64,000 nucleotides of DNA from Alphaproteobacteria bacterium (GCA_050175015.1 JBFXJJ010000008.1:47036-111035); one strand, 5' to 3'; positions 9,572 through 20,397 are shown, counted from the stretch's first letter. The notes: generated by a model not told the origin, from the sequence alone. A program made the numbers and translations.

Positions 9572-11734
9572 TTACGTTTTTCTAATTTTTTCAATGAAGC
9601 TTGCAACTTCGTTTTTAAGCTCTGCAGACTTTTCAGATAATTCTTTAGAGGCTGATAAAACTTGATTAGCAGCCGAACCAGCTTCACCTGCCGCTTGAGT
9701 TACACCACTAATATTGCTTGATACTTCTGCTGTTCCTTGTGAGGCTTGCTCAACATTTCTTGAAATCTCCGCAGTTGCCGCTCCTTGTTCTTCAACTGCA
9801 CTTGCTATTGCTGTTGAAATCTCATCAATCTTATTAATAACCTCGCCAATTCTAGTTATAGCTTCAACTGCATTATTAGTCTTTTCTTGAACATCAGAAA
9901 TTTGATTAGAGATATCTTCAGTTGCTTTAGCTGTTTGATTAGCTAAGTTTTTAACCTCACTTGCAACAACAGCAAAACCTTTACCAGCATCTCCAGCTCT
10001 TGCTGCTTCAATTGTAGCATTAAGAGCAAGTAAATTAGTTTGATTTGCAATATCTGTAATAAGTTCAACCACCTCACTAATTCTTTGAGCTGATTCTGCT
10101 AAACTTCCAACAATTTCATTTGTTGAATGAATTTCATTAACAGCTTGTTTTGCAATCTCGGATTCTTCAGAAACCTGCCTTGAAATTTCAGAAATAGAAG
10201 CTGATAATTCCTCAGATGCGGCTGCAACTGTTTGAACATTTGCGGCTGCCTGCTCAGAGGCTGCTGCAACGGCTGTTGCTTGTTGAGCCGTTTCTTCTGA
10301 TATAGCTGACATACTCTCAGCTGTTGAATTTAATTCTGTTGAAGCACTTGATACCGCATCAACAATACCCATAACTGCCTTTTCAAAATCATCAGCAAGT
10401 TTTTGCATCATTACTTTTTTTTCTTCTTCTTCGGCTTTTTGTTTTAATCTTTCTTGTTCTGCTTCTAGTTCTTTGGTTTTAACCGCATTTTCTTTGAAAA
10501 CCTCAACAGATTTTGCCATATCGCCAATTTCATCAAAACGATCTTTTCCTTCAATGATAGTGTTTAAATCACCACCAGAAATACTAAGCATATTTTCTTG
10601 TAATTTAAGCAAGACTGATAATTGCTTTCTAAAAAAGAACGCTAAAATAATTGCAATTAGAATAATGATAGCAATAGATGTGTAAGTAATTTCTTTAATA
10701 GTATCATTAACAATATTTAAAAATAAAGATTGCTCTAATCCTGTAAAATAAATACCTATTATTTCGCCTTGATTGTTTCTAATGGGATCATAAGCAGTAA
10801 AATAAGAACGTCCTAAAATATCAGCCTCACCAACAAAATATTTTCCTTCAAGCATAGCATCATAAACTGCACCTCTGGCAAGCAATGTGCCAACAGCTCT
10901 TTTACCATCTGCTTGAATAATATTTGTTGAAATGCGTTGAAACTCGGTTTGACCTCCTCTTTCAATTCTTTGAAAAATTGTTGCAACTCCGCCTGTCATT
11001 TCTGCAACCATATCAACAATTTCAAAATTATCATTTACTATATGAGCATCTGCAAAATCACTTTGAGGCAAGCCAACAAAATAAATGCCTATTACTTCTC
11101 CTTGATTATTTCTAATAGGATCATAAGCAGTAAAATAAGAACGACCTAAAATATCAGCTTCGCCAACAAAATATCTGCCAGCTATCATTGCATCATAAAC
11201 TGCACCTCTGGCAAGTAATGTGCCAACAGCTCTATTGCCATTATCCATAATAATATTTGTTGAAATACGTTGAAATTCTGTTTGTCCTCCTCGTTCAATT
11301 CTTTGAAAAATTGTTGCAACTCCACCAGATATTTCTTGAACTCTATCCACTATTTCAAAATTATTATTAACAATATGATTGCCAACAACAAGATTACCCT
11401 CTTCAATTCTTACATTTCTTCCTTTGCTATTGAAAACATCTTTTAAGATATTCATAGACGTTGTTTGATTATCATTAGCGATTCTTCTTAAAACCGCATT
11501 TCCATCAATAACCATTTGCCCGTTTTGAATTGAAACTCTTTCACCTTTACTGTTAAAGGTTGCTTGCAAAACCTGCATTGCAGTGTTTTGATTGCAGTTT
11601 GCCATTTCAAGCATTTGCTCTCTAACACTTCTAGAGGTTTGATAAGTTAATGCCGCCCCTAGAATAATTAAGCTTAAAGTGGAGCTTAAAACTATTTTGC
11701 TTGAAAATTTAAGTTTTTTGATAAAATCTAACAT
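9572..11734 (-). CDS. Methyl-accepting chemotaxis protein with duplicated Cache_3-Cache_2-like sensor
   Basis: Two TM helices, [38 protein letters not shown]. Confidence 0.95.
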   Translation of the reverse strand: MLDFIKKLKFSSKIVLSSTLSLIILGAALTYQTSRSVREQMLEMANCNQNTAMQVLQATFNSKGERVSIQNGQMVIDGNAVLRRIANDNQTTSMNILKDVFNSKGRNVRIEEGNLVVGNHIVNNNFEIVDRVQEISGGVATIFQRIERGGQTEFQRISTNIIMDNGNRAVGTLLARGAVYDAMIAGRYFVGEADILGRSYFTAYDPIRNNQGEVIGIYFVGLPQSDFADAHIVNDNFEIVDMVAEMTGGVATIFQRIERGGQTEFQRISTNIIQADGKRAVGTLLARGAVYDAMLEGKYFVGEADILGRSYFTAYDPIRNNQGEIIGIYFTGLEQSLFLNIVNDTIKEITYTSIAIIILIAIILAFFFRKQLSVLLKLQENMLSISGGDLNTIIEGKDRFDEIGDMAKSVEVFKENAVKTKELEAEQERLKQKAEEEEKKVMMQKLADDFEKAVMGIVDAVSSASTELNSTAESMSAISEETAQQATAVAAASEQAAANVQTVAAASEELSASISEISRQVSEESEIAKQAVNEIHSTNEIVGSLAESAQRISEVVELITDIANQTNLLALNATIEAARAGDAGKGFAVVASEVKNLANQTAKATEDISNQISDVQEKTNNAVEAITRIGEVINKIDEISTAIASAVEEQGAATAEISRNVEQASQGTAEVSSNISGVTQAAGEAGSAANQVLSASKELSEKSAELKNEVASFIEKIRKT

Positions 11735-11804
11735 TTTGATTTCCTTAAAAAAGATTAATATTTTTGTGCCATTTTACCTTTTTTATTTAATAGTTTTCAA
11801 GTTT

Positions 11805-11844
<40 letters not shown>

Positions 11845-11885
11845 GAAAATTCAAGGATTTTTCAATTATTTTTTTTGTAATTTAT

Positions 11886-13415
11886 TCACATACCCATACC
11901 GAAGCCATAGCTTTTGGATTTTTTTAAGGCAAGTTCTTTTTCTTCTAGGTGTTCTTTATAACTTTTTTGCATTTTTTGATAAAACTCATTGTTGGTTTTG
12001 AGGGTTTCTTTAATGGCTTTGTAAGTTTCATCATCTTTTTTAAGCTCGGGTTTTAGCTCTTTCATCATTGCATCAATGGTTTTGCTTTTGGCTCGCTCGG
12101 CATTGAGCGTATCAGATATTTTATCATAAACAAAAGAAGGGATAATAACATTGCCGCCAAGTTCTTCAATGGCAACAACCTTTGGAACTGCATCTTTGCC
12201 ATCTTCAAGATAATAGAATTTGTTTTCATTGTCATACTTAGCAAGGCTTTTAATCGCTTCTTGTGCTTCTGGTTTTTGAGGCATTTCAACATAAAAAATG
12301 GCTTTTTGTTTTTCTTCAGGTTTAACTTCGAGTTTTATTTCTGGTTTATGGGGTTCTGTTATGTGTCTGCTGGTTTTGCCAGTATTAAGAAACAAGGCGT
12401 TTATTAGTTTTTTCTGAGCAACAATAATTGCCATTGCAAATGGATCTTTTAAGGCTTCAGCCATTAAAAAATCTTTCCAAGTGTAAAAGGTTTTTTTGAG
12501 CAAGGATTGCTCTTTTGGCTTCTTTTTAACGGCTTGGTATTTCTGCCATAAAATAGGCGTGTTAGGGTGTTTGGTAAGTGGCTTTTCGGTATAGGTTCTT
12601 TTGGGTTCAACAATATTTTTTGATTCCTCAAATTTACCTAATCTTTTTTCCAAGGAGTTTTTAGAAAAACTCCTGTCTAAATCAGATGCTTTAATTGCAA
12701 CTTTTTCATCTTTAGAAACTATCGCTAAACCGTTGCCTCTTTTTTTAAGAAGCAAACCAGCTTCTTCAAAAACATTATGTAAATCTTGCCATTTTTGGGC
12801 TTGGTTTAATGCTTTGGTTAAGGGTTCTTTTTGCTCTTTAACATAAGAATAAAAGCTTTGTTGCCAAGTTTTAGCCTCAAAATCTCTGGCTTTCTCGTGA
12901 GGTTTTTCATAATTTGGCTCTTTGGTTTTTTCAATACCGTTATCCGTTTTAAGATTATATTTCTTCTCCATATCTCGGCATACTTTTGAGCGTTTGTAAT
13001 AATCGTTTGATAAGGTCGCAACGTTGAAAGTTTCAGGGTTTATTTTGTTATAGGCAATATGCATATGAAAGTTATCGGTGTTTTGATGCGTGCCGACAAC
13101 TCTTTGATGGGTTTCTATCCCTAAGGCTTTGGCAAACTCGCATTCAATTGCTTTTAAGGTTTTTAAATCAGGTTTTTCATCTTTAAAAGAAACTAATAAG
13201 TGATAGGTTTTATCAACTTTGCATCTGGTGTTTTTGCTTTGAGTGTTTTCAATATCAATAATGGCTAAATCTAAATCATCAATGGTTTCGCCAGCAATTG
13301 AGTTTACTATCCAAAAATCAGATAGTTTTTCGCCTTCGTCTTCTGCACCTGCAATATATTTAGCAAGCCTTCTAAAACTGCTCTTTGTTGTTCTTGGAAT
13401 ATGCTTAGAAATCAT
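11886..13415 (-). CDS. MOBP (TraI/MobA) relaxase
   Basis: LAKYI motif I Tyr, YHLLVSF, H.NTDNFHMHIAYNKI.P HUH motif. Confidence 0.9.
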   Translation of the reverse strand: MISKHIPRTTKSSFRRLAKYIAGAEDEGEKLSDFWIVNSIAGETIDDLDLAIIDIENTQSKNTRCKVDKTYHLLVSFKDEKPDLKTLKAIECEFAKALGIETHQRVVGTHQNTDNFHMHIAYNKINPETFNVATLSNDYYKRSKVCRDMEKKYNLKTDNGIEKTKEPNYEKPHEKARDFEAKTWQQSFYSYVKEQKEPLTKALNQAQKWQDLHNVFEEAGLLLKKRGNGLAIVSKDEKVAIKASDLDRSFSKNSLEKRLGKFEESKNIVEPKRTYTEKPLTKHPNTPILWQKYQAVKKKPKEQSLLKKTFYTWKDFLMAEALKDPFAMAIIVAQKKLINALFLNTGKTSRHITEPHKPEIKLEVKPEEKQKAIFYVEMPQKPEAQEAIKSLAKYDNENKFYYLEDGKDAVPKVVAIEELGGNVIIPSFVYDKISDTLNAERAKSKTIDAMMKELKPELKKDDETYKAIKETLKTNNEFYQKMQKSYKEHLEEKELALKKSKSYGFGMGM

Positions 13416-13732
13416 AGCTCCTCAATCTTAGCCTTTAAAATTGCTCGTAAATCTGCAATAGCGTTAATATGTTTGTTTAACTCTTCAGGATAAAAATTTT
13501 CATCAAGAGCAAGTTTAAACAGATTACCCAGCCTTGCTAAATCAGCATTGATTTTTAATAAATCAGATATAGCTTGTTGCTTGCCAATGTTAGGCAAGGG
13601 AATATTTAAAACCGCAAATCTTAAAAGCTCTGATTGTGATAAATTATAAGTTTTAGCTAACTCAACCAGTTTATCTTTTTCTTGCCTATTAAGATAAACA
13701 AGGCTTGCTATGTTTCTTTTATCTGGTTTCAT
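13412..13732 (-). CDS. MobC/TraJ-like relaxosome accessory protein
   Basis: RHH-like N-terminus, LLKINADLARLGNLFK; overlaps relaxase start. Confidence 0.8.
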   Translation of the reverse strand: MKPDKRNIASLVYLNRQEKDKLVELAKTYNLSQSELLRFAVLNIPLPNIGKQQAISDLLKINADLARLGNLFKLALDENFYPEELNKHINAIADLRAILKAKIEEL

Positions 13733-13734
13733 GG

Positions 13735-14052
13735 CTAAAGCTCTTCATCAGGAATTTTTCTCTTTGGATCAAAATGAAACTTTTTAATCTCGTGAGGATT
13801 ATCAGAGCTTAATCTTTTTTCTTCTGCTTCTTTGCGGGCTAAAAGCCTTAAATCTTCAGGGTGCATAAAATCTTTTAGATTGATGTGCTTTTTGATAAAT
13901 CGATAAAAAGATGCTTTAGAGCAGGTTATTTCTCTTTTTTCCTTTAGCTCGTTATAAATGCTATGCCTTGTATAGCCTTGTTTAAGCAAAAGCCTGATTT
14001 TGGCAGTTTTTGCGATTAGTTCATATCTAACTTGGGCGTAATATTTAGTCAT
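13735..14052 (-). CDS. TraK-like oriT-binding protein
   Basis: L..GY....IY..L...I.CS..SFYRFIKKHI and C-terminal KFHFDP; position before mobC. Confidence 0.6.
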   Translation of the reverse strand: MTKYYAQVRYELIAKTAKIRLLLKQGYTRHSIYNELKEKREITCSKASFYRFIKKHINLKDFMHPEDLRLLARKEAEEKRLSSDNPHEIKKFHFDPKRKIPDEEL

Positions 14053-16003
14053 TTTGGTTTCCTCCTAAATCTTGATGGTTAAAATTGCTACCCTCTACAT
14101 ATCTACAACTGTTGTTTTCCAATTGTTTGCTAAGATAAATTTTATTATCTGGTAGAGGGTTTGTAGAGGGTTGGTTATGATTAAAGTTGTTGTTTTCTCT
14201 ATGTTGTAGAGGGGTAGAGGGTTTAATCAGGTATCTGGAGAACGCATCTTTAAAATGCTCCTTGTGGTAACATTTTAAATTTTTATCATTCATTCTTTTT
14301 TGATGAGACTTAATGCCAAAATCTTTTAAGATTGCGGATAATTGAAGCGGGGTTATCGGTTGATTAAATCGCCATTCATTCCAAGGGCTTTCATCAATAT
14401 CGGCAAGTTTTAAGCATAGCTCTTGAGAAGAAATAAAGCTTAATGGGTATTCTTTAAAAATATCTCTTATGTCGTTTAACAAAAGGGTTTTAATCGAGCT
14501 GTCATCATCAGCATAACCAATACTATCTGTGGTGTTCATCGCTATATTGGCAAGTTCTAGCCAATCCCTCCCTGCAAGTTCAGCAATCGCTAAAAGAGGT
14601 CGCCAATTATCGGCGGTTCTATCATTTATCTGATTAGAGATTGTCGGGTCTGCTTCCTGAAGCTTTAAAAAGTTATCATCTGCAAAACGACTGCATTTTT
14701 GTTTTATAATGTTAAACAAAGAGCTTTTATCGCCTCTTAAGCGTTCAACAGTTTCTCCAGCAAATTTTCTTCGCATCGTGATAATAATGCTTCTATCAGC
14801 TATGGTATCAGCGAGCTTGCCAATTCCTGCAATTGCACAAGGGCAGAAACAAGAAAAGATTCTAACGCTATAACCTTTGTGGGCTTCAACATTGCGGATT
14901 ACTCCGCCGCCTTTAATATGCCCTTCGTTAATAATGCCTCTAAGTTCCTCTTTTTCTTTTAAAAAAGCATCGGCTTCATCAATAAGTAAGGTTGGGGCAT
15001 AAGCCTCAATGGTTCTAAACATTGCCGAAGCTGTAAGACTTGATACTCTTAAAGATTTACAACAAAGAAAATCCAAAAGCATAAGTAGGGTTGTTTTGCC
15101 GCATCTTTTTTCAGGGGAATGAATAAGAAGTCTTGGCGAATGCTCAAAAGCTTCAAAAGAGTAGGTGAACAAAACCCATAGAGCTAAAGTGGTTTCGGCA
15201 TTTTCTGGCAAAACAAGATATTTTTTAAAGATGTCTCGAAGTTCATTTAAAACCTCAGCCCCATTAACGGGTTTTGAATATGGAGCTGGTCTTGGCAAAC
15301 TAAGCTCTCTTCCTGCTAGAGCTTTGGTTTCTGTATTTTTTGTTTCTAAAAGAGTTCTTAAAAAACTAATGGTTTTATTGTTGGGGATTTCATCAGCTAA
15401 ATCCCAGCCTTCAGGAAAATAATCAGGAATTTTAACAATCGCTACTTCATTCTGTTTTTTTAAGATTTTAAAAAGTTTAAGCATAGCTTGTTTGCCAGCT
15501 TCATCATTGTCAGCCCAAAGTTTAATTTTACGGTTTTGTAAAATACTCCAATTAGCTTTTGAGATAGCATTAGCACCGCCAGCCCAAGTTAAAACAACAT
15601 AATCAGGAAAAAGAAGCCTTGCACTATCAACAGTTTTTTCTCCTTCAACAATTAAGATGTTATCTTTTGGTCTTGCTTCCAAAAGTTCTTCGCCATAAAG
15701 AGGTCTTGGTTCAGAAAAGCCCTTCATGTGCCAAGCTGTTTTGCCATTTTCTAGTTTGCAATAAATAAAAGGTCTAAATGTCTTTTGTTTAGTGCCATTA
15801 ACTTTTTCATATCTGGCAATATAACCGACAAGCTTATTTTTAGCGTTTTTATAAGCATAAACATTTGTTGGCTCATTCCATTCCGCAATTTTAAAAGAAG
15901 GCTTTGGAGCATCACTAGGAACAGGAATAATCGATATTACTTCTGGCTCTTTTGTTAAGATGTTTGTTTTAGAAACATCTATTGGCTTAAAAAAATTAGT
16001 CAT
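14045..16003 (-). CDS. Toprim primase fused to DUF3631-like NTPase (replication protein)
   Basis: ILIVEGEKT, WADNDEAG, GWDLAD; SPEKRCGKTT Walker A, LLIDEAD Walker B. Confidence 0.85.
   Translation of the reverse strand: MTNFFKPIDVSKTNILTKEPEVISIIPVPSDAPKPSFKIAEWNEPTNVYAYKNAKNKLVGYIARYEKVNGTKQKTFRPFIYCKLENGKTAWHMKGFSEPRPLYGEELLEARPKDNILIVEGEKTVDSARLLFPDYVVLTWAGGANAISKANWSILQNRKIKLWADNDEAGKQAMLKLFKILKKQNEVAIVKIPDYFPEGWDLADEIPNNKTISFLRTLLETKNTETKALAGRELSLPRPAPYSKPVNGAEVLNELRDIFKKYLVLPENAETTLALWVLFTYSFEAFEHSPRLLIHSPEKRCGKTTLLMLLDFLCCKSLRVSSLTASAMFRTIEAYAPTLLIDEADAFLKEKEELRGIINEGHIKGGGVIRNVEAHKGYSVRIFSCFCPCAIAGIGKLADTIADRSIIITMRRKFAGETVERLRGDKSSLFNIIKQKCSRFADDNFLKLQEADPTISNQINDRTADNWRPLLAIAELAGRDWLELANIAMNTTDSIGYADDDSSIKTLLLNDIRDIFKEYPLSFISSQELCLKLADIDESPWNEWRFNQPITPLQLSAILKDFGIKSHQKRMNDKNLKCYHKEHFKDAFSRYLIKPSTPLQHRENNNFNHNQPSTNPLPDNKIYLSKQLENNSCRYVEGSNFNHQDLGGNQND
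14091..14221. repeat. GTAGAGGG iteron-like repeats (putative origin)
   Basis: Direct copies at 14152, 14163, 14206, 14214; inverted copy at 14091. Confidence 0.6.
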
Positions 16004-16320
16004 AGTTCTACCCCCAGCATTTGTGCGAGGTTGTGTAAGGCTTCAAGCTGGGTTGAGTTGGTTAAATAAGCAGCTAGTGAAACAACATCGCTTCCCTTAT
16101 CGCCAGTGGCAAAGTCTGCCCATTTACCAGTTTGTATATTTACTTTAAAAGAGCCCTTGCTCTTATCGCTTCTGGTAGGGTTAAGTGCGATCCACTCGCA
16201 ACCTTGCTTAACGCCACCAGGTAGCCATCTAGCTAAAATTGTAGGTAAAACCGATAAAGCAACATTATTAACCTTTGCAAAATCCGCTTTACCCAAGTTG
16301 GATAAGTAAATTTTACTCAT
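16000..16320 (-). CDS. Stand-alone primase N-terminal (zinc-ribbon-like) domain
   Basis: LPGG...G.EW...NPTR.D...GSF.VN..TG.W.DFATGD.G.D..SL.AYL; ATGA-type overlap with primase. Confidence 0.7.
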   Translation of the reverse strand: MSKIYLSNLGKADFAKVNNVALSVLPTILARWLPGGVKQGCEWIALNPTRSDKSKGSFKVNIQTGKWADFATGDKGSDVVSLAAYLTNSTQLEALHNLAQMLGVEL

Positions 16321-16555
16321 AGGTTTTGCTGGTTTCTATGTCAGAAGTGGTGTTTTCTTCAAGATAAGCTTTTAATCCGCTTAAAGGATAACGGACTGCA
16401 TTGCCAATTTTAACGATTTTAAGCTTTACTCTTTTGGTGCAAGCCCAAACTGAAAGACTGCCCTCTGAAACGTTCAGATACTCTGCGGCTTCTTTTCTGG
16501 TTAATAAAGGGTCGTCATTTTTATAAGTGGTTTTAGTCTGTTTATTAGCGTTCAT
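16313..16555 (-). CDS. Excisionase-like HTH_17 protein
   Basis: LLTRKEAAEYLNVS...L..W, KIG..VRY. Confidence 0.85.
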   Translation of the reverse strand: MNANKQTKTTYKNDDPLLTRKEAAEYLNVSEGSLSVWACTKRVKLKIVKIGNAVRYPLSGLKAYLEENTTSDIETSKTYE

Positions 16556-16705
16556 AACGATAAAATCTCCATAAAAAGGGTTAATGGAGATTATTTTCTG
16601 TTATGAATTATGCAGAAGTCTAATAGTTACTTTGCACGTGCAGAAAAAGCATGTAATTGTTTGTTTTATATAGTAAAAATAAATGTGCAGCCTGCATGCG
16701 TTACG

Positions 16706-17809
16706 TTACACTAACCCCTGTTTTATCCAATTTTTAAGAGTTCTGGTTTCAATAAGTTCTGTGCCTTCAGGAAAGTTACCTTTTTTGTGCTCGCTAGATA
16801 TAGAATCTAAAACCTGCCTGATGTTGTTGGCATTGTTTTTTTCTTCAATTGTTTTCCAGCCCTTTTCTCTGTAAATTTCTTTAATTCTTCGTTTGATTGC
16901 TCCATATTTTTTTTCATTTTTTGAGTCAGCCGCTTTTTGTTTTATAGGGTCTTTTTCTGGTTTTTGAATTTCTTGGTTTATTATTGTCTGTTCGTCAAGA
17001 TTTATAGTTGTCTGCTCTTCTTGTTTTATAAGATTATTAACCACCACAACAACAGAAGTGTCATTGCTTTCTTTTTGTTGTTCTTTATATACTGCTAATT
17101 GTCCTTTAGGAATTGCGTTTTTTAAGCTTTCTATATCAATCAAAACCTTATAAGCCTTTTGGTATGGGTATATAAAAACTATAAATGAAAAAATAAAAAG
17201 CATTAAAATAGCAAAAATCATTAAAGAGCTGGCATCAGGCAGAAAGCGAACTGATAATATAACCGCTGTTGCAAAAAGAGCTAAAAATAAAAATCTTTTT
17301 ATGTAGTGTAAAAGCTCTATTATGTATTGCAATATTCCTGTTGTTTTAAACACTAGATTTCTTGTAATAAATAAATTTTCTTCCCAATCTATATAAGTGC
17401 AGGTATTACCATTTAAGATATTTCTTTTGTGTTTAGGTAATTTTTGCTGTTTTTCTCTTCTTTTAAAAAAGCTGTCGTTACTTTCAATTTTATCAATACC
17501 ATCTTTTTGATAGTATTTTTTATAATTAAAAGGTTTTGAAAGCTGAAAAAGGTTGCCAGTAAACTGCTCCCATATAAAGCTTCTGGTGTTATATCTTTGT
17601 GCTTCAAAGGACATGTTGCCGTGCAAAAGGTTGTTTTTTAAAATTTCTTTTCCGCAAGTTATTTCTTCTGGAGTAAATTCGCTATAATCAGGTTCTTTAT
17701 ACTCATTAAATGATATTTTAGTTTGCTTTTCGTTAAATTCAATTGGCTCTTCTGCCGTAACTGCCCATTTTAAAGCTTCAATTAAATCAGTATATTTTGC
17801 TGTATCCAT
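16706..17809 (-). CDS. Hypothetical protein with two TM helices and C-terminal HTH-like end
   Basis: Start set at MDTAKY after AAGG; hydrophobic hairpin mid-protein; IETRTLKNWIK terminus. Confidence 0.55.
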   Translation of the reverse strand: MDTAKYTDLIEALKWAVTAEEPIEFNEKQTKISFNEYKEPDYSEFTPEEITCGKEILKNNLLHGNMSFEAQRYNTRSFIWEQFTGNLFQLSKPFNYKKYYQKDGIDKIESNDSFFKRREKQQKLPKHKRNILNGNTCTYIDWEENLFITRNLVFKTTGILQYIIELLHYIKRFLFLALFATAVILSVRFLPDASSLMIFAILMLFIFSFIVFIYPYQKAYKVLIDIESLKNAIPKGQLAVYKEQQKESNDTSVVVVVNNLIKQEEQTTINLDEQTIINQEIQKPEKDPIKQKAADSKNEKKYGAIKRRIKEIYREKGWKTIEEKNNANNIRQVLDSISSEHKKGNFPEGTELIETRTLKNWIKQGLV

Positions 17810-17819
17810 TTTATTAGCC

Positions 17820-19124
17820 TTATTTATTTTCCAGTTGTTCAATAATATTAACCGCATCATCAATCGATTTTCTGATAGTATCTTGTTGAAGTCTAGCATA
17901 AACTTGGGTTGCTTGTTGCGACTTATGCCCTAAGGTTTTGCCGATAATTTCTAGGCTAACGCCGTTCATTGCTTGATAGCTTCCAAAGGTTCTTCTTATG
18001 TCGTGAAGTCTAACGTCCATTAAACCTTGCGGAAGAGCAATCTTTCTTTTTTTTGCTTCTCTTTTAACCGCATTAAAAATTCTTAAAACCGTGCAGGCAT
18101 AGTTATCTTGGCTTTTTACTTCGGTTTCAACGTCATCAACTAATTGAGCTAAATTTGGGTCTTGTTTCCAAATAGCTATCGTTGCTCTTTTTCTAACTCT
18201 TTCCCAAGCCTTTCTTGGATCTTTATAGTAGTCATCAGCTTCATCATTGGCAAATACCCATTCAGAATTAGAGCTAATTTTGCGTTTTTTTAAAATATCA
18301 ATAGCTTTTCTGGTTAAGGGTAGGGTGAGCGGGTCTCCGTTCTTGGTTTCTGGAATACGCCATTCTTCACGTTCCCAATGGATTTCTTCCCATTTCATAG
18401 TTAGAACGTTAGTTTTTCTTGCTCCTGTTAAAAGCGACATAAAAATATAATCTTTAGCGGTTTCGTTTTCTTCTTCTTTTAGGGCATCAAGCAAAAAGGG
18501 CATTTCTTGATGTTCAATAAACCTATCCCTTGATTTTTCTTTAAACTTTTTAATTCCATTTGAAGGGTTTTTGCCGTCCCAACCCCATTCAATAGCCTTG
18601 TTAAAAATAGCTCTTATTCGCTCTAAAATGCGGTTTGCCTGATAAAGCCCGTTTTCGTCTTTAATTTTGTTATGAAGTTGTTGGATTTCATATTGTGAGA
18701 TAGTCGAGATTTTGCGATTTAACCAATGAGATAAAAACTTATTAACTTCTCTTTCGTCATATTGCCAAGAGCGTTTATGTGGTTTGCTATATCGTTCCAT
18801 ATAATCTTTAAAAAGGTCTTTGAAGGTAGCTTCTTTTTGCATTTTGTGTTTATGCTCAAGAGGGTGAGTGCCTTCTGATATTTTAGCTTTAGCAATGGTT
18901 GCTTTTTTTCTAGCATTTTCAACCGTCATATCAGGAAAACTGCCAAGAATAACTCTTTCATCTTTGCCATCAATTCTTTTGCGAACAAAAAAAGATATAA
19001 CCCCAGTAGAGGTTATATAAAGCTGTAAGCCTTTTTCTTTGGTGTCTTTATAAACCTCAGTTCCTTTTGATGGGGCTTTTAAACTTTGGATTGATGCTTT
19101 GGTAAAATTAAAAACTTTAGTCAT
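17820..19124 (-). CDS. int: Tyrosine integrase (P4-like, arm-binding N-domain)
   Basis: TGARK, TKNG, RLHDIRRT, LGHKS, VYARL catalytic residues. Confidence 0.95.
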   Translation of the reverse strand: MTKVFNFTKASIQSLKAPSKGTEVYKDTKEKGLQLYITSTGVISFFVRKRIDGKDERVILGSFPDMTVENARKKATIAKAKISEGTHPLEHKHKMQKEATFKDLFKDYMERYSKPHKRSWQYDEREVNKFLSHWLNRKISTISQYEIQQLHNKIKDENGLYQANRILERIRAIFNKAIEWGWDGKNPSNGIKKFKEKSRDRFIEHQEMPFLLDALKEEENETAKDYIFMSLLTGARKTNVLTMKWEEIHWEREEWRIPETKNGDPLTLPLTRKAIDILKKRKISSNSEWVFANDEADDYYKDPRKAWERVRKRATIAIWKQDPNLAQLVDDVETEVKSQDNYACTVLRIFNAVKREAKKRKIALPQGLMDVRLHDIRRTFGSYQAMNGVSLEIIGKTLGHKSQQATQVYARLQQDTIRKSIDDAVNIIEQLENK

Positions 19125-19189
19125 ATTGTCGCACTCGAAAAATAATTGGTTGCAAAAGCTAAGAAATAACAGTATTTTTTGTTAAATCT

Positions 19190-19210
19190 CATTGCCGCAC
19201 CATTGCCGCA
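19190..19210 (+). promoter_or_regulatory. Putative integrase arm-type sites
   Basis: CATTGCCGCA twice at 11-bp spacing between int and att core. Confidence 0.55.
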
Positions 19211-19330
19211 TTTTGGATTAAAAAAGGGTAATTTTGGTTAATGGCAATTAAGGTTATAATAGGCTGTAAGTGTTGCAGAGTAAAGGAATATTAACATCTG
19301 TTAAAAGTCGTTAAGTACCCTTGTTTTTGC

Positions 19331-19375
19331 CTCATAACCTGAAGGTCGCATGGTTCAAATCCTGCCCCTGCAACC
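19331..19375 (+). mobile_element. att site: 3' half of tRNA-fMet
   Basis: CTCATAACCTGAAGGTCGCAtGGTTCAAATCCTGCCCCTGCAACC; starts at anticodon loop, no 5' half, 1-nt insertion in T stem. Confidence 0.85.
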
Positions 19376-19518
19376 TAAGAAGCCCGCAGTCTCAACATCT
19401 TACGGGCTTATTTATCTGAAAATTATGTGTAAAAAAATACCAAAACTATGCTAGCGTAGTATGTAAAAGCAAGTTTTATCAACTTTGGAAAGTTTCAATC
19501 AATGATATTAAGACAAAA

Positions 19519-20352
19519 CTATTGATTTAAATTAGAGATGTTAGATACTAAATTATAAATAAACCAACCATCTCCTGTAATAAATGTCTGAGGTTTAGCA
19601 CTCACGCCATCTTTATGAACACCTAAGCCGTCAGAATAAGGTATAAAAGAAACTATTTTATTGAAATTAATTCTAAAGTTTTTTCTAGAACCTCCAAAAT
19701 AAAGATTTTTATTTGTAATAGCTAATATCCCTGTATCGGCATATAAAGATTGCTCCGTTTGGATTCTTTCTCCTTTAAAGGCTCCTGTTCTATAATAAAC
19801 ACCTTTTGCAATGCGAATACTAAAACCACTGGAGCATCCGACATAATGTGTTTTTGTTTTTTGTTCGATATAATCAACATTTTGAAATATCCATATCAAG
19901 CTTTCGTTTTTTTGAAAATTAAAAGGTAAATTTCCTTCTATGGTTATTTTGTTAGGGATTTCTCCATTTATGAGAGTTCTAATTACTGTTCCTTTAATTA
20001 GTTTTGTATAGTAACCGTTGTTGTTGACATCATATTGGGTTAAAGAAAATTTTTCTAAAATATCGCATAACAGGTTTTCTTCTTCTTCCGAAACCAGATC
20101 ATCTTCAAAGGCAGTATCAATTGATTTTTCCCAACCAGTAGAGATAAAAAGTTTTTTATCAAAGTCTTTAATATAGCTAGAATCACATATTTCTTTAATA
20201 TTATTAACCATATTGGTAATGTTTTTTGATATAAATGCGTTATGAATAATATCTATAACAGCATTTTTTCCTTCTAGATATTTTCTTTCACATTCTTTAT
20301 GTTTTTTTCTAAGAAAACCAGCATCTTCTCCGCAATATTTACAAATGCCCAT
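19519..20352 (-). CDS. Hypothetical protein, N-terminal CxxC knuckle, C-terminal PH-like domain
   Basis: CKYCG..HKEC; G.LAITNKNLYF.G pattern. Confidence 0.55.
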   Translation of the reverse strand: MGICKYCGEDAGFLRKKHKECERKYLEGKNAVIDIIHNAFISKNITNMVNNIKEICDSSYIKDFDKKLFISTGWEKSIDTAFEDDLVSEEEENLLCDILEKFSLTQYDVNNNGYYTKLIKGTVIRTLINGEIPNKITIEGNLPFNFQKNESLIWIFQNVDYIEQKTKTHYVGCSSGFSIRIAKGVYYRTGAFKGERIQTEQSLYADTGILAITNKNLYFGGSRKNFRINFNKIVSFIPYSDGLGVHKDGVSAKPQTFITGDGWFIYNLVSNISNLNQ

Positions 20353-20397
20353 AATGTCTCCATTATTTTATGATGTATCACAAAAATTATATTGAGA

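Noticed and set aside
16684-16695. TGTGCAGCCTGC shared with 38721-38732
   Set aside because: 12-bp match; second copy is explained as integrase codons (AGCT)
19331-19375. Functional tRNA-Met
   Set aside because: No 5' acceptor or D arm, extra base in T stem; treated as att scar
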